Positions 30,731 to 40,639 of a stretch of 64,000 nt of DNA are shown piece after piece. Source of the stretch: Spirochaetia bacterium. Lineage in GTDB: Bacteria; Spirochaetota; Spirochaetia; SZUA-6; Bin103. A program made the position numbers and the translations under genes. Every line of letters begins with the position of its first letter. Position 1 is the stretch's first letter. The notes below the pieces were generated by a model, which saw only the letters and a program-made list of their open reading frames with translations, had not been told where the DNA came from and ran no database searches. The stretch is from assembly GCA_965203905.1 (NCBI GenBank), contig CBDBDQ010000005.1, positions 2,016,001-2,080,000 on the forward strand, written 5' to 3'.

Positions 30731-32257
30731 ATGGCCACACGCAGGCTGCCGCTCGGCATCCAGAACTTCCGCGAGCTGCGCGAGCTGGACTGCTACTACG
30801 TGGACAAGACCGCCTACGTCAAACGGCTGCTGGACCAGGGCAAGTACTACTTCCTGTCGCGCCCGCGGCGGTTCGGGAAGAGCCTGTTCCTGGACACGCT
30901 GAAGGAGCTGTTCGAGGGCAGCGAGGAGCTGTTCGCGGGCTTGTACATCCACGAGCGCTGGACCTGGTCGGATCGGCATCCGGTGGTGCGGCTGAGCTTC
31001 GGCGGCCGCCACTTCGCGGCGCCCGGCGATCTGGGCGCCAACCTGGCGGCGCAGTTGGATGACATCGAAGTCGAGGCGGGCGTGAGTCCCCGCTACCAGA
31101 CTGCGCCGGAGCGGTTCGGATACCTGATCCGGACCCTGCACCGGCAAACCGGGCAGCGGGTGGTGGTGCTGGTCGACGAGTACGACAAGCCGATCCTGGA
31201 CGCGCTGGAGAATCAGGAATTGGCGGGCGCCAACCGCGACTTCCTGCGCGGCCTGTACGGGGTGATCAAGGACAGCGACGCGCACGTGCGGTTCGCGTTC
31301 CTCACCGGCATCAGCAAGTTCTCCAAGGTGAGTCTGACCGACATCACGCTGGACCTGCGCTACTCGTCGATCTGCGGCTACACGGAACATGACCTGGACA
31401 CGGTGTTCGGTCCGGAACTGGCCGGACTGGACAGGGACCAGGTGCGGGAGTGGTACAACGGCTATCGCTGGCGCGGCGACGAGAGGGTGTACAACCCCTA
31501 CGACGTGCTGCTGCTGCTCGACAGCCGCGAATTCGCGGCCCATTGGTTCGAGACCGGGACGCCGGCGTTCCTGGTCAAAAAGCTGTTCGAGCGCCGGGTG
31601 TCGTCGGTGTCACTCGACGAGATGGTGAGCACGGAGAGACTGCTGTCGGCGTTCGACGTGGAGCACGTCGGCACGGAGGCGCTGTTGTTCCAGACCGGCT
31701 ACCTGACGATCACCGGAGAGGAACGGCTGGGAGGCAAGACGCTGTATCGGCTTGGCTATCCGAACCGGGAGGTGCGCGAGAGCCTGAACGAACAACTGCT
31801 GCTGCACCTGGTGCAGGATACCGACCGGCAAACGGCGAACAGCGTGCGCCTGGCGCGGCTGCTGGAGGCGCACGACTGCGCCGGGCTGAAGGAGCTGTTC
31901 CACGCGTTCTACGCGAGCATCCCGTATCAATGGTACACGAACAACGACATTGCCGAGTACGAGGGCTTCTATGCCAGCGTGTTCTACTCCTACTTCGCGG
32001 CGCTGGGGTACGAGATCGCGGTGGAAGAGTCGAGCAGCCACGGGCGGCTGGACATGGCGGTGCGAGCGTACGGCCACGTGTACCTGTTCGAGTTCAAGGT
32101 GGCGGAGATGGCGCCGCCGGGGTCGGCGCTGGCCCAGTTGCAGGAGCGGGAGTACGCGGCGAAGTACCGGGGCCAAGGCGAACCGATCCACCTGGTCGGG
32201 GTCGAGTTCAGCCGCACCACGCGCAACATCACGGCATTCGAGACAGCCGACGCCTGA
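30731..32257 (+). CDS. AAA-ATPase-like / PD-(D/E)XK nuclease fusion
   Basis: LPLGIQNF, YYVDKT, SRPRRFGKS, LVDEYDKP, YNPY, FQTGYLTI, YPNREV, GRLDM....YLFEFK. Confidence 0.92.
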   Translation: MATRRLPLGIQNFRELRELDCYYVDKTAYVKRLLDQGKYYFLSRPRRFGKSLFLDTLKELFEGSEELFAGLYIHERWTWSDRHPVVRLSFGGRHFAAPGDLGANLAAQLDDIEVEAGVSPRYQTAPERFGYLIRTLHRQTGQRVVVLVDEYDKPILDALENQELAGANRDFLRGLYGVIKDSDAHVRFAFLTGISKFSKVSLTDITLDLRYSSICGYTEHDLDTVFGPELAGLDRDQVREWYNGYRWRGDERVYNPYDVLLLLDSREFAAHWFETGTPAFLVKKLFERRVSSVSLDEMVSTERLLSAFDVEHVGTEALLFQTGYLTITGEERLGGKTLYRLGYPNREVRESLNEQLLLHLVQDTDRQTANSVRLARLLEAHDCAGLKELFHAFYASIPYQWYTNNDIAEYEGFYASVFYSYFAALGYEIAVEESSSHGRLDMAVRAYGHVYLFEFKVAEMAPPGSALAQLQEREYAAKYRGQGEPIHLVGVEFSRTTRNITAFETADA

Positions 32258-32361
32258 CCTCGCGACCACCGGCGATCGCAGCGCAGGCATCGCAGGTGCC
32301 GGCGCGGTGCGGTGGTGTTGCGGCAGGTGGCGATTCGCGCCATCCTGTGCCGCGAACCGTC

Positions 32362-33120
32362 ATGACCATGAGTCAGTGTCTGCAGGAGCTGGGCGCCCGG
32401 CCGGAGCTGCTCAGCGACAGCCAGCGTAACGAGCTGTGCGGCAAGGGGTACACGCTGCTGCGTGGAGTGATCGATCCGCCCTGGCTGGCCGCGTTGCGCG
32501 AACGCTTCGAGGAGCTGATCGCAGAGGAAGGGGAGAAGGCCGGCCTCGAGGTACATCAGGAACAGGGCACGCGCCGACTGGCCGACCTGGTCAACAAGGG
32601 CAGTGTGTTCGACCGGGTGTGGTCGCACCCGCTGCTGCTGGCCGCAGTGCACTGCGTGATCGACGCTCCCTTCCACTTCGGCTCGCTGAACGCGCGCGAC
32701 GCCCTGCCCGGCGAAGGGTTGCAGGCACTGCACCAGGACGCCCACGCCGACCCACCCCCCTACGGCTGCAACTCGGTGTGGATGCTCGACGACTTCAGTC
32801 CGGAGAACGGTTGTACCCGCCTGGTGCCGGGCTCCTTTCGCCGCCCGCACCCGAGAGAAGTGCTGGACGACCCCAAGGCGCCGTGCCCGGACGAGGAGTT
32901 GATGGTGGCGCCCGCCGGCAGCGTCGCCGTGTTCAACGCTTACACCTGGCACGGCGGTACCCTGAACCGTACCCGCGACGCGCACCGGCGCGCGCTGCAT
33001 TGTTTCTTCAACCCGCGCGGCGAGGAGCAGCAGACCGACCAGCGCGCCTATCTGCGCCCGGAGACCGAGGCGCGGCTGTCGCCGGCGCAGCGTTTCCTCC
33101 TGGACCTGGATCCGGCATGA
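32362..33120 (+). CDS. Phytanoyl-CoA dioxygenase family (Fe/2OG) protein
   Basis: QALHQD, LDDFSPENGCTRLVPGS, WHGG..N. Confidence 0.88.
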   Translation: MTMSQCLQELGARPELLSDSQRNELCGKGYTLLRGVIDPPWLAALRERFEELIAEEGEKAGLEVHQEQGTRRLADLVNKGSVFDRVWSHPLLLAAVHCVIDAPFHFGSLNARDALPGEGLQALHQDAHADPPPYGCNSVWMLDDFSPENGCTRLVPGSFRRPHPREVLDDPKAPCPDEELMVAPAGSVAVFNAYTWHGGTLNRTRDAHRRALHCFFNPRGEEQQTDQRAYLRPETEARLSPAQRFLLDLDPA

Positions 33121-33488
33121 CGCCGATGAGCGGTTCGGCGCACGCGCAGGTGGTACGGCTGGCCGACCTGCCAGGCGTGGCCTGTCCCTGCGGCACCGCC
33201 CGGCGGGCGTTTGCCGAGGCCGCGGCAGGGCGCGCGTCGCTGCACCTGGTGGAGGTGAAGCAGGACACCGAGCGCCACTACCACCGGCGTCTCACCGAGA
33301 TCTACTACGTCCTCTCGGGCCGTGGACAGATCGAGCTGGACGGCGAGCTTCGTCCGTTGACGGCCGGGGACGCGGTGCTGATTCCCAGCGGGGTGGTGCA
33401 CCGGGCGGTCCCCGGGAGCGCGCCGATGACTCTGCTCAACTTCGTCATGCCGGCGTTCGACCCGGCCGACGAGTGGGTAGTGGCCTGA
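33117..33488 (+). CDS. Cupin-domain protein
   Basis: CPCG, HYHRRLTEIYYVLSGRG, GDAVLIPSGVVH; ATGA overlap. Confidence 0.88.
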   Translation: MTPMSGSAHAQVVRLADLPGVACPCGTARRAFAEAAAGRASLHLVEVKQDTERHYHRRLTEIYYVLSGRGQIELDGELRPLTAGDAVLIPSGVVHRAVPGSAPMTLLNFVMPAFDPADEWVVA

Positions 33489-33498
33489 CGCCGGCGCT

Positions 33499-33915
33499 TC
33501 AATTCCCGAAGCCGATGCCGCGCGGCCGGTCCGGCGGACGTTCCTGCCGCTCGGGCCACAGAGGCGCATAGCTCTCCACGCAGTGCGCCACGTCGCCCAG
33601 CCGTAACCGCACCACCGCCGATGCCAGCCGGGGGTGCAGCGTGGTCGGCTCCTGTAATGGGGCCGCGTCGGCGAGAGCCATGATCTGATCGCGTAGTCCG
33701 TCGAGTTCTTCGTCGGAGAGCCCGCGGAAGTCCCAGATGCGCATCACGGCGGAGCCGGAAGGCTCGTCGTGGCTGGTCAACGAGTGCAGCGAGTAACGGC
33801 TACCGTCGGTGAGCACCACTTCGACGCAAAACGGTGGTACCACGCTGTCGATGCCGGCCAGCCACGCGATCAGCGGATCGTCGTCCCAGTTGGATGCTGC
33901 GGCGTTCACGTGCAT
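33499..33915 (-). CDS. Hypothetical protein
   Basis: ~138-aa ORF with globular-like composition, ending RPRGIGFGN. Confidence 0.6.
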   Translation of the reverse strand: MHVNAAASNWDDDPLIAWLAGIDSVVPPFCVEVVLTDGSRYSLHSLTSHDEPSGSAVMRIWDFRGLSDEELDGLRDQIMALADAAPLQEPTTLHPRLASAVVRLRLGDVAHCVESYAPLWPERQERPPDRPRGIGFGN

Positions 33916-33943
33916 TCCATGGTATCGGGCTGGCCGGCGCAGG

Positions 33944-35482
33944 TCACGCCTCGCCCCCAGCCTGGTGCAGGGCGCGCAGCGTGGCGACGGTGTCGGCCGC
34001 GGCGGCGGGTTTGTCCTCACGGTAGCCCTTGACGCGGGCGAAGCGCAGCGCCATCCCGGAGGGGTAACGCGAGCTGGTCTGGATACCGTCGCAGGCGACC
34101 TCGACTACCTGCTCGGGGCGGACGTATACCACGTGTCCCCGGCGGTGGGTCTCCAGCCCCAGGAATCGCTGCGTCTGCCAGCGCAGCAGGTCGTCGGTCA
34201 GGCCCTTGAAGGTCTTGCCGACCATCGCGAACCCGCCGTGTTCGGCGTCGCGCGCCCCCAGGTGCAGGTTGCTCAAGTGCCCGCGCCGGCGGCCGGAGCC
34301 CCACTCCACCGCCACCACCACCAGGTCGAAGGTGTGGGCCGGCTTGACCTTGAGCCAGCCCGCACCCCGGCGCCCGGCCTCATAGGCACTGTCGAGAGAC
34401 TTGATCATCACTCCCTCGTGACCGGCTGCCCGTGCCTGCGCGGCCTGGCACTGCGCCTGCTCCGGATCCTCCGTCGTGAGGCGCGGTACGCGCAATCCGG
34501 GGGGACAGGCGGCATCCAGGGCCGCCAGCCGCTGGCTCAGGGGGCGGTCGATCAGGTCGGCGCCGTCGAGGTGCAGACAGTCGAAGAAGAAGGGGCTGAG
34601 CGGCAGCGAGCCCACCGCGCGCGCCACCGCCTGGCGGCGGCCGAAGCGGCTCATCGTGACCTGGAACGGCTGCGGGCGGCCGTCCGGACGCAGCGCGATC
34701 ACCTCGCCGTCCAGGATTACCTGTCGCACCGGCAGCCGCGCCACGGCCGCCACCACTTCCGGCAGGTTGGCGGCCAGCTCGCGCAGGTTGCGCGTGTATA
34801 CCGCAACCCGGTCGCCGGCACGGTGCACCTGGATGCGTGCGCCGTCATACTTGATCTCCACCGATGCCGCACCGGTTCGCTGCAGCGCACTACCGACGTC
34901 CGGCGCCGTCTGCGCCAACATCGGCTGCAGCGGCCGGAACAGGGTCAGGTGGAACTGGCCGAGCGCCGACTCGCCGGCGCCGAGCAGCGCTGCGCCGACT
35001 GCCGGCAGCGAGCCCCCTACCAGCAGTGCCCGCCGCACCGCTGCGGCGGCGACTCCGCCGGCAGCGGCCAGAGCCTCCACCATGATGCCCTCCAGGGCGC
35101 CCTGGCGCAGCTCCTGCAGCAACAGCCGGCGCAGGAAGTGCTGCTCCTCGGCGGTCGCGCGCTGCATGAGGTGATGGAGCAGCTCGGTTCGCCGTTGCCG
35201 CGAGCCGGGCCCGCCTGTGGCAGCCAGTTGCTCCAGGCTGTGCGCTACCTCCTGCAGCGTAAGTGAGGCCGCCGCGGCGGCCGGCGAATCGCCTTCGCCA
35301 AGGGAGGCATACCCCACTCCGAGCCGCCCCTGCGGCAGCTCGCCCGACAGCCAGGCGATGGCGGTGCTCCGCTCGTCCTGCTCCAGCCGTCGCAGGCAGG
35401 CCGCCAGGGCCGCGACCTTGGCGCCCCGCGCGCGGGTCTGCGCCACCGCGCGCGAGGTCGCCACCAGTTCCGCCAGCAGCAT
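33944..35482 (-). CDS. ATP-dependent DNA ligase (LigB-type)
   Basis: PMLA, EIKYDGARIQ, LDGE, FFDCL, EGVMIK, WLKVK, LRFAR. Confidence 0.95.
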   Translation of the reverse strand: MLLAELVATSRAVAQTRARGAKVAALAACLRRLEQDERSTAIAWLSGELPQGRLGVGYASLGEGDSPAAAAASLTLQEVAHSLEQLAATGGPGSRQRRTELLHHLMQRATAEEQHFLRRLLLQELRQGALEGIMVEALAAAGGVAAAAVRRALLVGGSLPAVGAALLGAGESALGQFHLTLFRPLQPMLAQTAPDVGSALQRTGAASVEIKYDGARIQVHRAGDRVAVYTRNLRELAANLPEVVAAVARLPVRQVILDGEVIALRPDGRPQPFQVTMSRFGRRQAVARAVGSLPLSPFFFDCLHLDGADLIDRPLSQRLAALDAACPPGLRVPRLTTEDPEQAQCQAAQARAAGHEGVMIKSLDSAYEAGRRGAGWLKVKPAHTFDLVVVAVEWGSGRRRGHLSNLHLGARDAEHGGFAMVGKTFKGLTDDLLRWQTQRFLGLETHRRGHVVYVRPEQVVEVACDGIQTSSRYPSGMALRFARVKGYREDKPAAAADTVATLRALHQAGGEA

Positions 35483-35494
35483 GGCTCGGGGTCC

Positions 35495-36010
35495 TTAACC
35501 GGTGAACTCTCCGCCAGTAGCCGCCGCGCCCACGGCCTGTCGGGCGTACCGCGCCCGCACCGGGTCGCCGGCCGCCAGCTCGCCACCGCGCAGCACGCGG
35601 CAGGTCACCCCGCCGCGCCCGGCCACCGCCAGTGCGGCGCGCAGCCCCGGCCATGCCTCCTCCATCCTGTCGCAGGGTGCGGTCTCACCGGTTACCTCCA
35701 GCTCGACCGTGCCGATGCGCAGCCGGCACCCCTCTGCGGCGGCCTCACCGGCGGCGGCCAGGTCGATGCCCGATAGCAACAGGTTGGCGCGCCGCGTGGT
35801 CCAGGGCAGCTCCGGGCGGCCGGCCTGGGCGCACGCGGCCTGCCAGTCCTCCAGGCTCAGCACGGTAACCTGGCGCCGCCCCGGCCGGCCGCGGAAGTCG
35901 TCCGCCACGCCGCCGCCGGCGGTCACCTCGGCGCGCGGCAACTCCTGCATGGTCCCGCGCGAGCGGTGGCGAATCGCAATTGCCAGCAAGCGCGGCGGAG
36001 TCTTCATCAT
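35495..36010 (-). CDS. MOSC-domain protein
   Basis: RRQVT, RRANLL, LEVTGETAPC.RM, GRGGV. Confidence 0.88.
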   Translation of the reverse strand: MMKTPPRLLAIAIRHRSRGTMQELPRAEVTAGGGVADDFRGRPGRRQVTVLSLEDWQAACAQAGRPELPWTTRRANLLLSGIDLAAAGEAAAEGCRLRIGTVELEVTGETAPCDRMEEAWPGLRAALAVAGRGGVTCRVLRGGELAAGDPVRARYARQAVGAAATGGEFTG

Positions 36011-36099
36011 GGCGGCAACCTACCATGCTGCGCGCCGCCGTCGCCAGCGGATCGCCGTCGCAACGCTCCTTCGCCGGCGAAGCGGGCGGGGGCGGCGCC

Positions 36100-36387
36100 G
36101 CTCGATGGCCGTTCGCGGCCGGCGGCAGCCGGCCCGTCCGGGGGCAGCGCGCAGCCGCCCCACCGGGCGCGCCGATCGCGGTACATTCCGGCACCAGTGC
36201 GGCGCGAGGTGTGGGGCCGCGACGGTGGCTGCTGCAGTTACGTCGATCCGCACAGCGGGCGGCGCTGCGGGTCCCGCTTTCTGCTGGAGCTCGACCACAT
36301 CGTTCCCTTCGCGCTTGGCGGCAGCGCCGAGCCCACCACCGTTTCCGGCATCGGGAGTACGGATCGTCGCCAGACGGGGCCACGTGA
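36100..36387 (+). pseudogene. HNH endonuclease C-terminal remnant
   Basis: RYIPAPVRREVWGRDGGCCSYVD...RCGSRFLLELDHIVPFALGG.AEP, then AHHRFRH in another frame; NLRLxC segment absent; no N-terminus. Confidence 0.8.
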
Positions 36388-36591
36388 TCGGTGCTCGGCA
36401 GGGTGCGGGTTGGGCGTTTGGGGGTCGGTCCAAGGGCGCACGGTCGGATCGGCTTCCGACCGGCGAAGCGTTCGCGCAGGGCGCTGGCCGCCGCAGTAGT
36501 CCTGCGGCTACCTCACCGGGTGTGGCCAGTCGAGCAATGGCGCGGCGCGCGGGTAGGAACTTGCCGGACGCCGCATTAGACTGGCGCGGCG

Positions 36592-36813
36592 ATGAATCGG
36601 CTGGAGGTCAACGCCACCATCAACCTGTTGCGGAGTCGTGGTCTGCTGCCCGCCGACTACGCCGCACCCGTGGCGGTCGATGACCTGATCGCCCACGTCT
36701 ACGACGCGTGCGCACGCAACGGAGTCGGCGCCGGCGCCCTGCGCCGCGAGGTGGAGGCGCTGCTGCGCGAGCGCGTGCCGGACAGCAGGAATCCCTCGGC
36801 GAAGGGCGGATGA
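36592..36813 (+). CDS. Hypothetical protein
   Basis: 73 aa, ATGA-coupled to the next gene. Confidence 0.6.
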   Translation: MNRLEVNATINLLRSRGLLPADYAAPVAVDDLIAHVYDACARNGVGAGALRREVEALLRERVPDSRNPSAKGG

Positions 36814-37496
36814 GCGTACTCTACCTCTGTGATCTCCATGACCGGAACCGCGGCCTGGATCGACTGCTCGCTGGACTGCGGCCCGATCTGGTCCTGGTCG
36901 GAGGCGACATCACCCACAATGGCAGCGGCGACGAGGCGCTGGCCGTGCTGCAGCCGATTCTCGCCTCCGGCGTGACGCTGCTGGCGGTACCCGGCAACAT
37001 GGATCGGCCCGAAGTGGGCAACGCCCTGGACGACCTCGGCGTCAACATTCACGGCCGAGGCCGGGTCGTGGCGCTGCCGGTGGCGTCAGGCGGGCCGGCG
37101 CGCATCGGTGTGCTGGGAGTGGGCGGTTCCACGCCGACCCCGTCGGGAACGCCGTTCGAGCTCAGCGAGTTGGAGGTAACGGCGCTGCTGGAGGCGGCAT
37201 GGCCGGCGGTGCATGACTCGCCCCCGGTGGTGCTGGTGGCCCACTCGCCCCCATTTCGCACCCGGTTGGACCGCGCCGGGACAGTCCACGCGGGGAGCAG
37301 CGCGGTGCGCTCCTTCGTGACCCGGCACCCGGTGGCGGTGAGCCTTTCCGGGCACATCCACGAGTCGGTGGGACGGCAGCGTCTCGCCGGGACGCTGTGC
37401 GTGAACCCGGGAGCGTTTCGGAGCGGTCGCTACGCCACCCTGGAGTGGACCGCGGGCGGCAAGCCTCGAGTGGAGCTGGGCCAGATCGAACCGTAG
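36810..37496 (+). CDS. Metallophosphoesterase (Icc-like)
   Basis: DLH, GGDIT, VPGNMD, AHSPP, SGHIHE, VNPG. Confidence 0.9.
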   Translation: MSVLYLCDLHDRNRGLDRLLAGLRPDLVLVGGDITHNGSGDEALAVLQPILASGVTLLAVPGNMDRPEVGNALDDLGVNIHGRGRVVALPVASGGPARIGVLGVGGSTPTPSGTPFELSELEVTALLEAAWPAVHDSPPVVLVAHSPPFRTRLDRAGTVHAGSSAVRSFVTRHPVAVSLSGHIHESVGRQRLAGTLCVNPGAFRSGRYATLEWTAGGKPRVELGQIEP

Positions 37497-37497
37497 C

Positions 37498-38274
37498 TCA
37501 CGGTTCCGGCATGAAACCCGACTGCAGGAAGCCGCCGTCGATGGGGATGGCGGCACCGTTGATGTAGTTGCCGCCGCTGCCGCACAGAAACGCCACCAGC
37601 TCGGCGATCTCTTCCGGGTCCACCTCGCGCGGGATCGGCATCCGCTTGCGCCGCGTCGCCTGCAGTGCCGGGTCGCGGGCGTAGACCTTGGTGGTCATGG
37701 CCGTGGCCGCCACCCCCGGGCACACGGTGTTGACGTTGATGCCGTAGCGCGCCCACTCCACCGCCAGCATCCCGGCGAGACTGTTGAGGGCGGCCTTGGA
37801 GGGACTGTAGGCACCGCGTTCCGGGATCGGCGCCCAGGCGCCTACCGACGAGATGTAGACGATGCGTCCGCCGCGGCCCCGGGCCACCAGATGCCGGCCC
37901 ACCGCCTGGCTGAACAGGAACGCTCCCGTGAGATGACTGTCGAGCGCCGCGCGCCACTGCTCCGCGCTCAGGTCCAGCGACGGACCCTTGACGTTGTTGC
38001 CGGCGCAGTACACCAGGAAGTCGATCCGCGACAATCCCGCGACCGCGGACTCCACCGCCGCGGCATCGCCGACATCCACTTCCAGGGCGGCGTGCTCTCC
38101 CCCGCCGGGCAGGGCCGCCGCCACCTCCCGCGCGCGCTCCAGGTCCATGTCGGCCACCGTCACCGCGGCGCCACGCTGCGCCAGGGTCCGGCATACGGCG
38201 CTGCCGATACCGCCGGCGCCGCCGGGCACCAGGGCTGCCCGGTGCTCGAACTCGCTGGTGACCGGCTCGGCCAC
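37498..38274 (-). CDS. SDR-family oxidoreductase
   Basis: PGGAGGIG, YSPSK, IPIDGG. Confidence 0.9.
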   Translation of the reverse strand: MAEPVTSEFEHRAALVPGGAGGIGSAVCRTLAQRGAAVTVADMDLERAREVAAALPGGGEHAALEVDVGDAAAVESAVAGLSRIDFLVYCAGNNVKGPSLDLSAEQWRAALDSHLTGAFLFSQAVGRHLVARGRGGRIVYISSVGAWAPIPERGAYSPSKAALNSLAGMLAVEWARYGINVNTVCPGVAATAMTTKVYARDPALQATRRKRMPIPREVDPEEIAELVAFLCGSGGNYINGAAIPIDGGFLQSGFMPEP

Positions 38275-38281
38275 GGTACCC

Positions 38282-39013
38282 TCAATTCCGAGCGGCGAGG
38301 TGCCGGCTCAGAAACTCCAGCGTCAGGGGCCAGGAGTCGGCCGCGGCCTCGGTGTGGTAACGGGTCGCGTTGGTGAAGTCCATGTAGCCGTGACCGGCGC
38401 CGGCAAAACTGTGGAACCGATGCTCCACGCCGTGGCGCGTCAGCTCGGCGTCGATCGCGTCGCGATCTTCAGGGGAAGGATTGGAGTCGCGACCGCCGAA
38501 GAATCCCAACACCGGACACCGAATCTCGCCAAGGCGCTCGAAGGGCGGCTTTCCTTCACCCCAGGCCACGCGGGTGTTGCCGCCGTAGAACGCCACCGCC
38601 GCCTGCAGTCGCGCACTGGCGGCGGCCAGCAGGTAGGCCGTGCGGCCGCCCATGCAGAAGCCCACCACGCCGGCGGGCCTGCCGGCGGCGCCCTCCGCGG
38701 CGCCGAGAAAATCGAGCACGGCTTCGCTATCGGCAATGATCTCCGCGTCGCGCAGCAATCCCATGCGCTCCAACGGCTCATCCGGGGGCGGGTCCTGGCG
38801 GTGGTACAGCTCCGGGGCCGCGGCCATGAACCCCGCCGCTGCCAGGCGCCGCGCCATCCCCTGTACGAACTGGTCCACACCGCCCGCGTGCTGGATCACC
38901 AGGACAGCCGGTGCGCTGTCGGCCGCCGCCGGGTCCGTGGGACGGGCCACGAAGGTACGCATCGCTGCGCCGTCAACCTTCAGGGTCTCCCAGTCACTGC
39001 TGTGGGGAATCAT
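38282..39013 (-). CDS. Dienelactone hydrolase family protein
   Basis: VGFCMGG, FYG, GAGHGY. Confidence 0.92.
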   Translation of the reverse strand: MIPHSSDWETLKVDGAAMRTFVARPTDPAAADSAPAVLVIQHAGGVDQFVQGMARRLAAAGFMAAAPELYHRQDPPPDEPLERMGLLRDAEIIADSEAVLDFLGAAEGAAGRPAGVVGFCMGGRTAYLLAAASARLQAAVAFYGGNTRVAWGEGKPPFERLGEIRCPVLGFFGGRDSNPSPEDRDAIDAELTRHGVEHRFHSFAGAGHGYMDFTNATRYHTEAAADSWPLTLEFLSRHLAARN

Positions 39014-39153
39014 GCTTTCAGCATAGCGGGTTACGCGGTGCCCGCAAAGCGCCGGCCACGCCGGAGTACGCCGGAGCCGCGTCGCGGGCGCGGAAAAAAA
39101 CGCTTGCACGGCGGGCGGGCTTGGAACATATTAAGTACTCCGCTTCACACAAC

Positions 39154-40632
39154 ATGATCGGCATCGGACTCGATTTCGGCACCACCAACACGACGGTGGC
39201 AGTGGCCGATGGCGACCGGATCACGTACCTCACGCTCGATCCTCTCGCCGAGCCTGCCACCGTAATGCCGACGGCACTCTACATTCGGCGTTCCATGGAG
39301 CACACCGTCGGCAGTTCCGCCATCGCCAGCTACCTCGGCGACAACGTCGGCCGGGTAGTGCGCTTGCGCAAGATAGATCTGGGCACCATCGCCATGATGG
39401 TGAATGCCGCCGACGGCGGCAGCGCTCCTGGCCACGCCGAGGGCGACGCGGTCGAGGTCTCCGTACGGGTACGCGGCGACGACGACGCCGAGTTGCCCGG
39501 ACGCCTGTTCCGCGGCCTCAAGAGCTATCTCGGAATCCGCACCCACGAACGGTTCAAGGTGTTCCATCGCCAGTTTCGCACCGTCGCGCTGGTCACCCTG
39601 ATCCTCTCGGAGATCCGCAAGGGCATCGCCGCGGCGGGCCGCGACGTCAGCCGCACCCTGCACATCGGGCGTCCGGTACGCTTCGTCGGCGACGACGACG
39701 CCAACGACATCGCCATGGCGCGCCTGACGGAGGCGTGTCGCCACGCCGGATTCGCCGGCTTCTCGTTCTACCCGGAACCGGTGGCGGCCAGCCTCGGCTA
39801 CCTGCATGCCCGCAGCCAGGCGGCGCCCGAGGAAGCGTTGCCGGCGCGCCGCGGCCTGCTGGCGGCCGCGCGGGAGGCGCAGCGCGACGACACCGAGACA
39901 CTGCTTACCTTCGACTTCGGCGGCGGTACCCTGGATCTGTGTCTGCTGAGGTGCCGCGGCACGCAGTTTCAGGTGTTGGGCACCGAAGGGCTGCCGCTGG
40001 GCGGCAACCGTATCGATCAGCTCATCATCAAGCGGCTGGTGTTCCCGGAGCTGGGCGAGGGCATCCCTATCAAGAGCGCCCGGCATCTGCAGCGTCCGGA
40101 TACGGTGTTTCCGTTCTACCGCTATGCCGACTACCTGCTGAACTGGCAGATGGCCTACATGATGAATCAGCCCGACCTGATGGATACCTTGTTCGCCGGG
40201 CTGCGTTCCGGCCCCGATCAGCAACTCAAGCTGGGCCGGCTGTGGCGGCTGATCCGCGGCAACTACGCCTACGCCCTGCTGAACGCCACCGAGCGTGCCA
40301 AGGCGCGGCTGTCGCAGACCGAGCGAGCCACGATCTACCTGCCGGAGATCGATCTGGAAGTGCCGCTGGATCGTACCAGGCTGGGCCAGATCCTGGAGCC
40401 GGTGGTGGACGAGATCGATGCGGTGGTGGCGGCGCTGCTGGACAAGACCGGCGTGTCCGCCGAGCAGGTCCATCGGGTGGTGTGCACCGGCGGCTCCTCG
40501 CAGCTCCTGCCGGTGCAGGCACGGCTGGAGGAGCTGTTTCCGGGACGTATCGTGCGCTTCGACTTCTATCGCAGCATCGCCGGTGGGCTGGCCCTGGCCA
40601 ACGCCCGCGGCTATCAGCACGCCCTGCCCTGA
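39154..40632 (+). CDS. Hsp70-family protein (YegD-like)
   Basis: GLDFGTTNT, IGRPVRF, PEPVAA, FDFGGGTLD, TGGSS. Confidence 0.88.
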   Translation: MIGIGLDFGTTNTTVAVADGDRITYLTLDPLAEPATVMPTALYIRRSMEHTVGSSAIASYLGDNVGRVVRLRKIDLGTIAMMVNAADGGSAPGHAEGDAVEVSVRVRGDDDAELPGRLFRGLKSYLGIRTHERFKVFHRQFRTVALVTLILSEIRKGIAAAGRDVSRTLHIGRPVRFVGDDDANDIAMARLTEACRHAGFAGFSFYPEPVAASLGYLHARSQAAPEEALPARRGLLAAAREAQRDDTETLLTFDFGGGTLDLCLLRCRGTQFQVLGTEGLPLGGNRIDQLIIKRLVFPELGEGIPIKSARHLQRPDTVFPFYRYADYLLNWQMAYMMNQPDLMDTLFAGLRSGPDQQLKLGRLWRLIRGNYAYALLNATERAKARLSQTERATIYLPEIDLEVPLDRTRLGQILEPVVDEIDAVVAALLDKTGVSAEQVHRVVCTGGSSQLLPVQARLEELFPGRIVRFDFYRSIAGGLALANARGYQHALP

Positions 40633-40639
40633 CCCGCAG

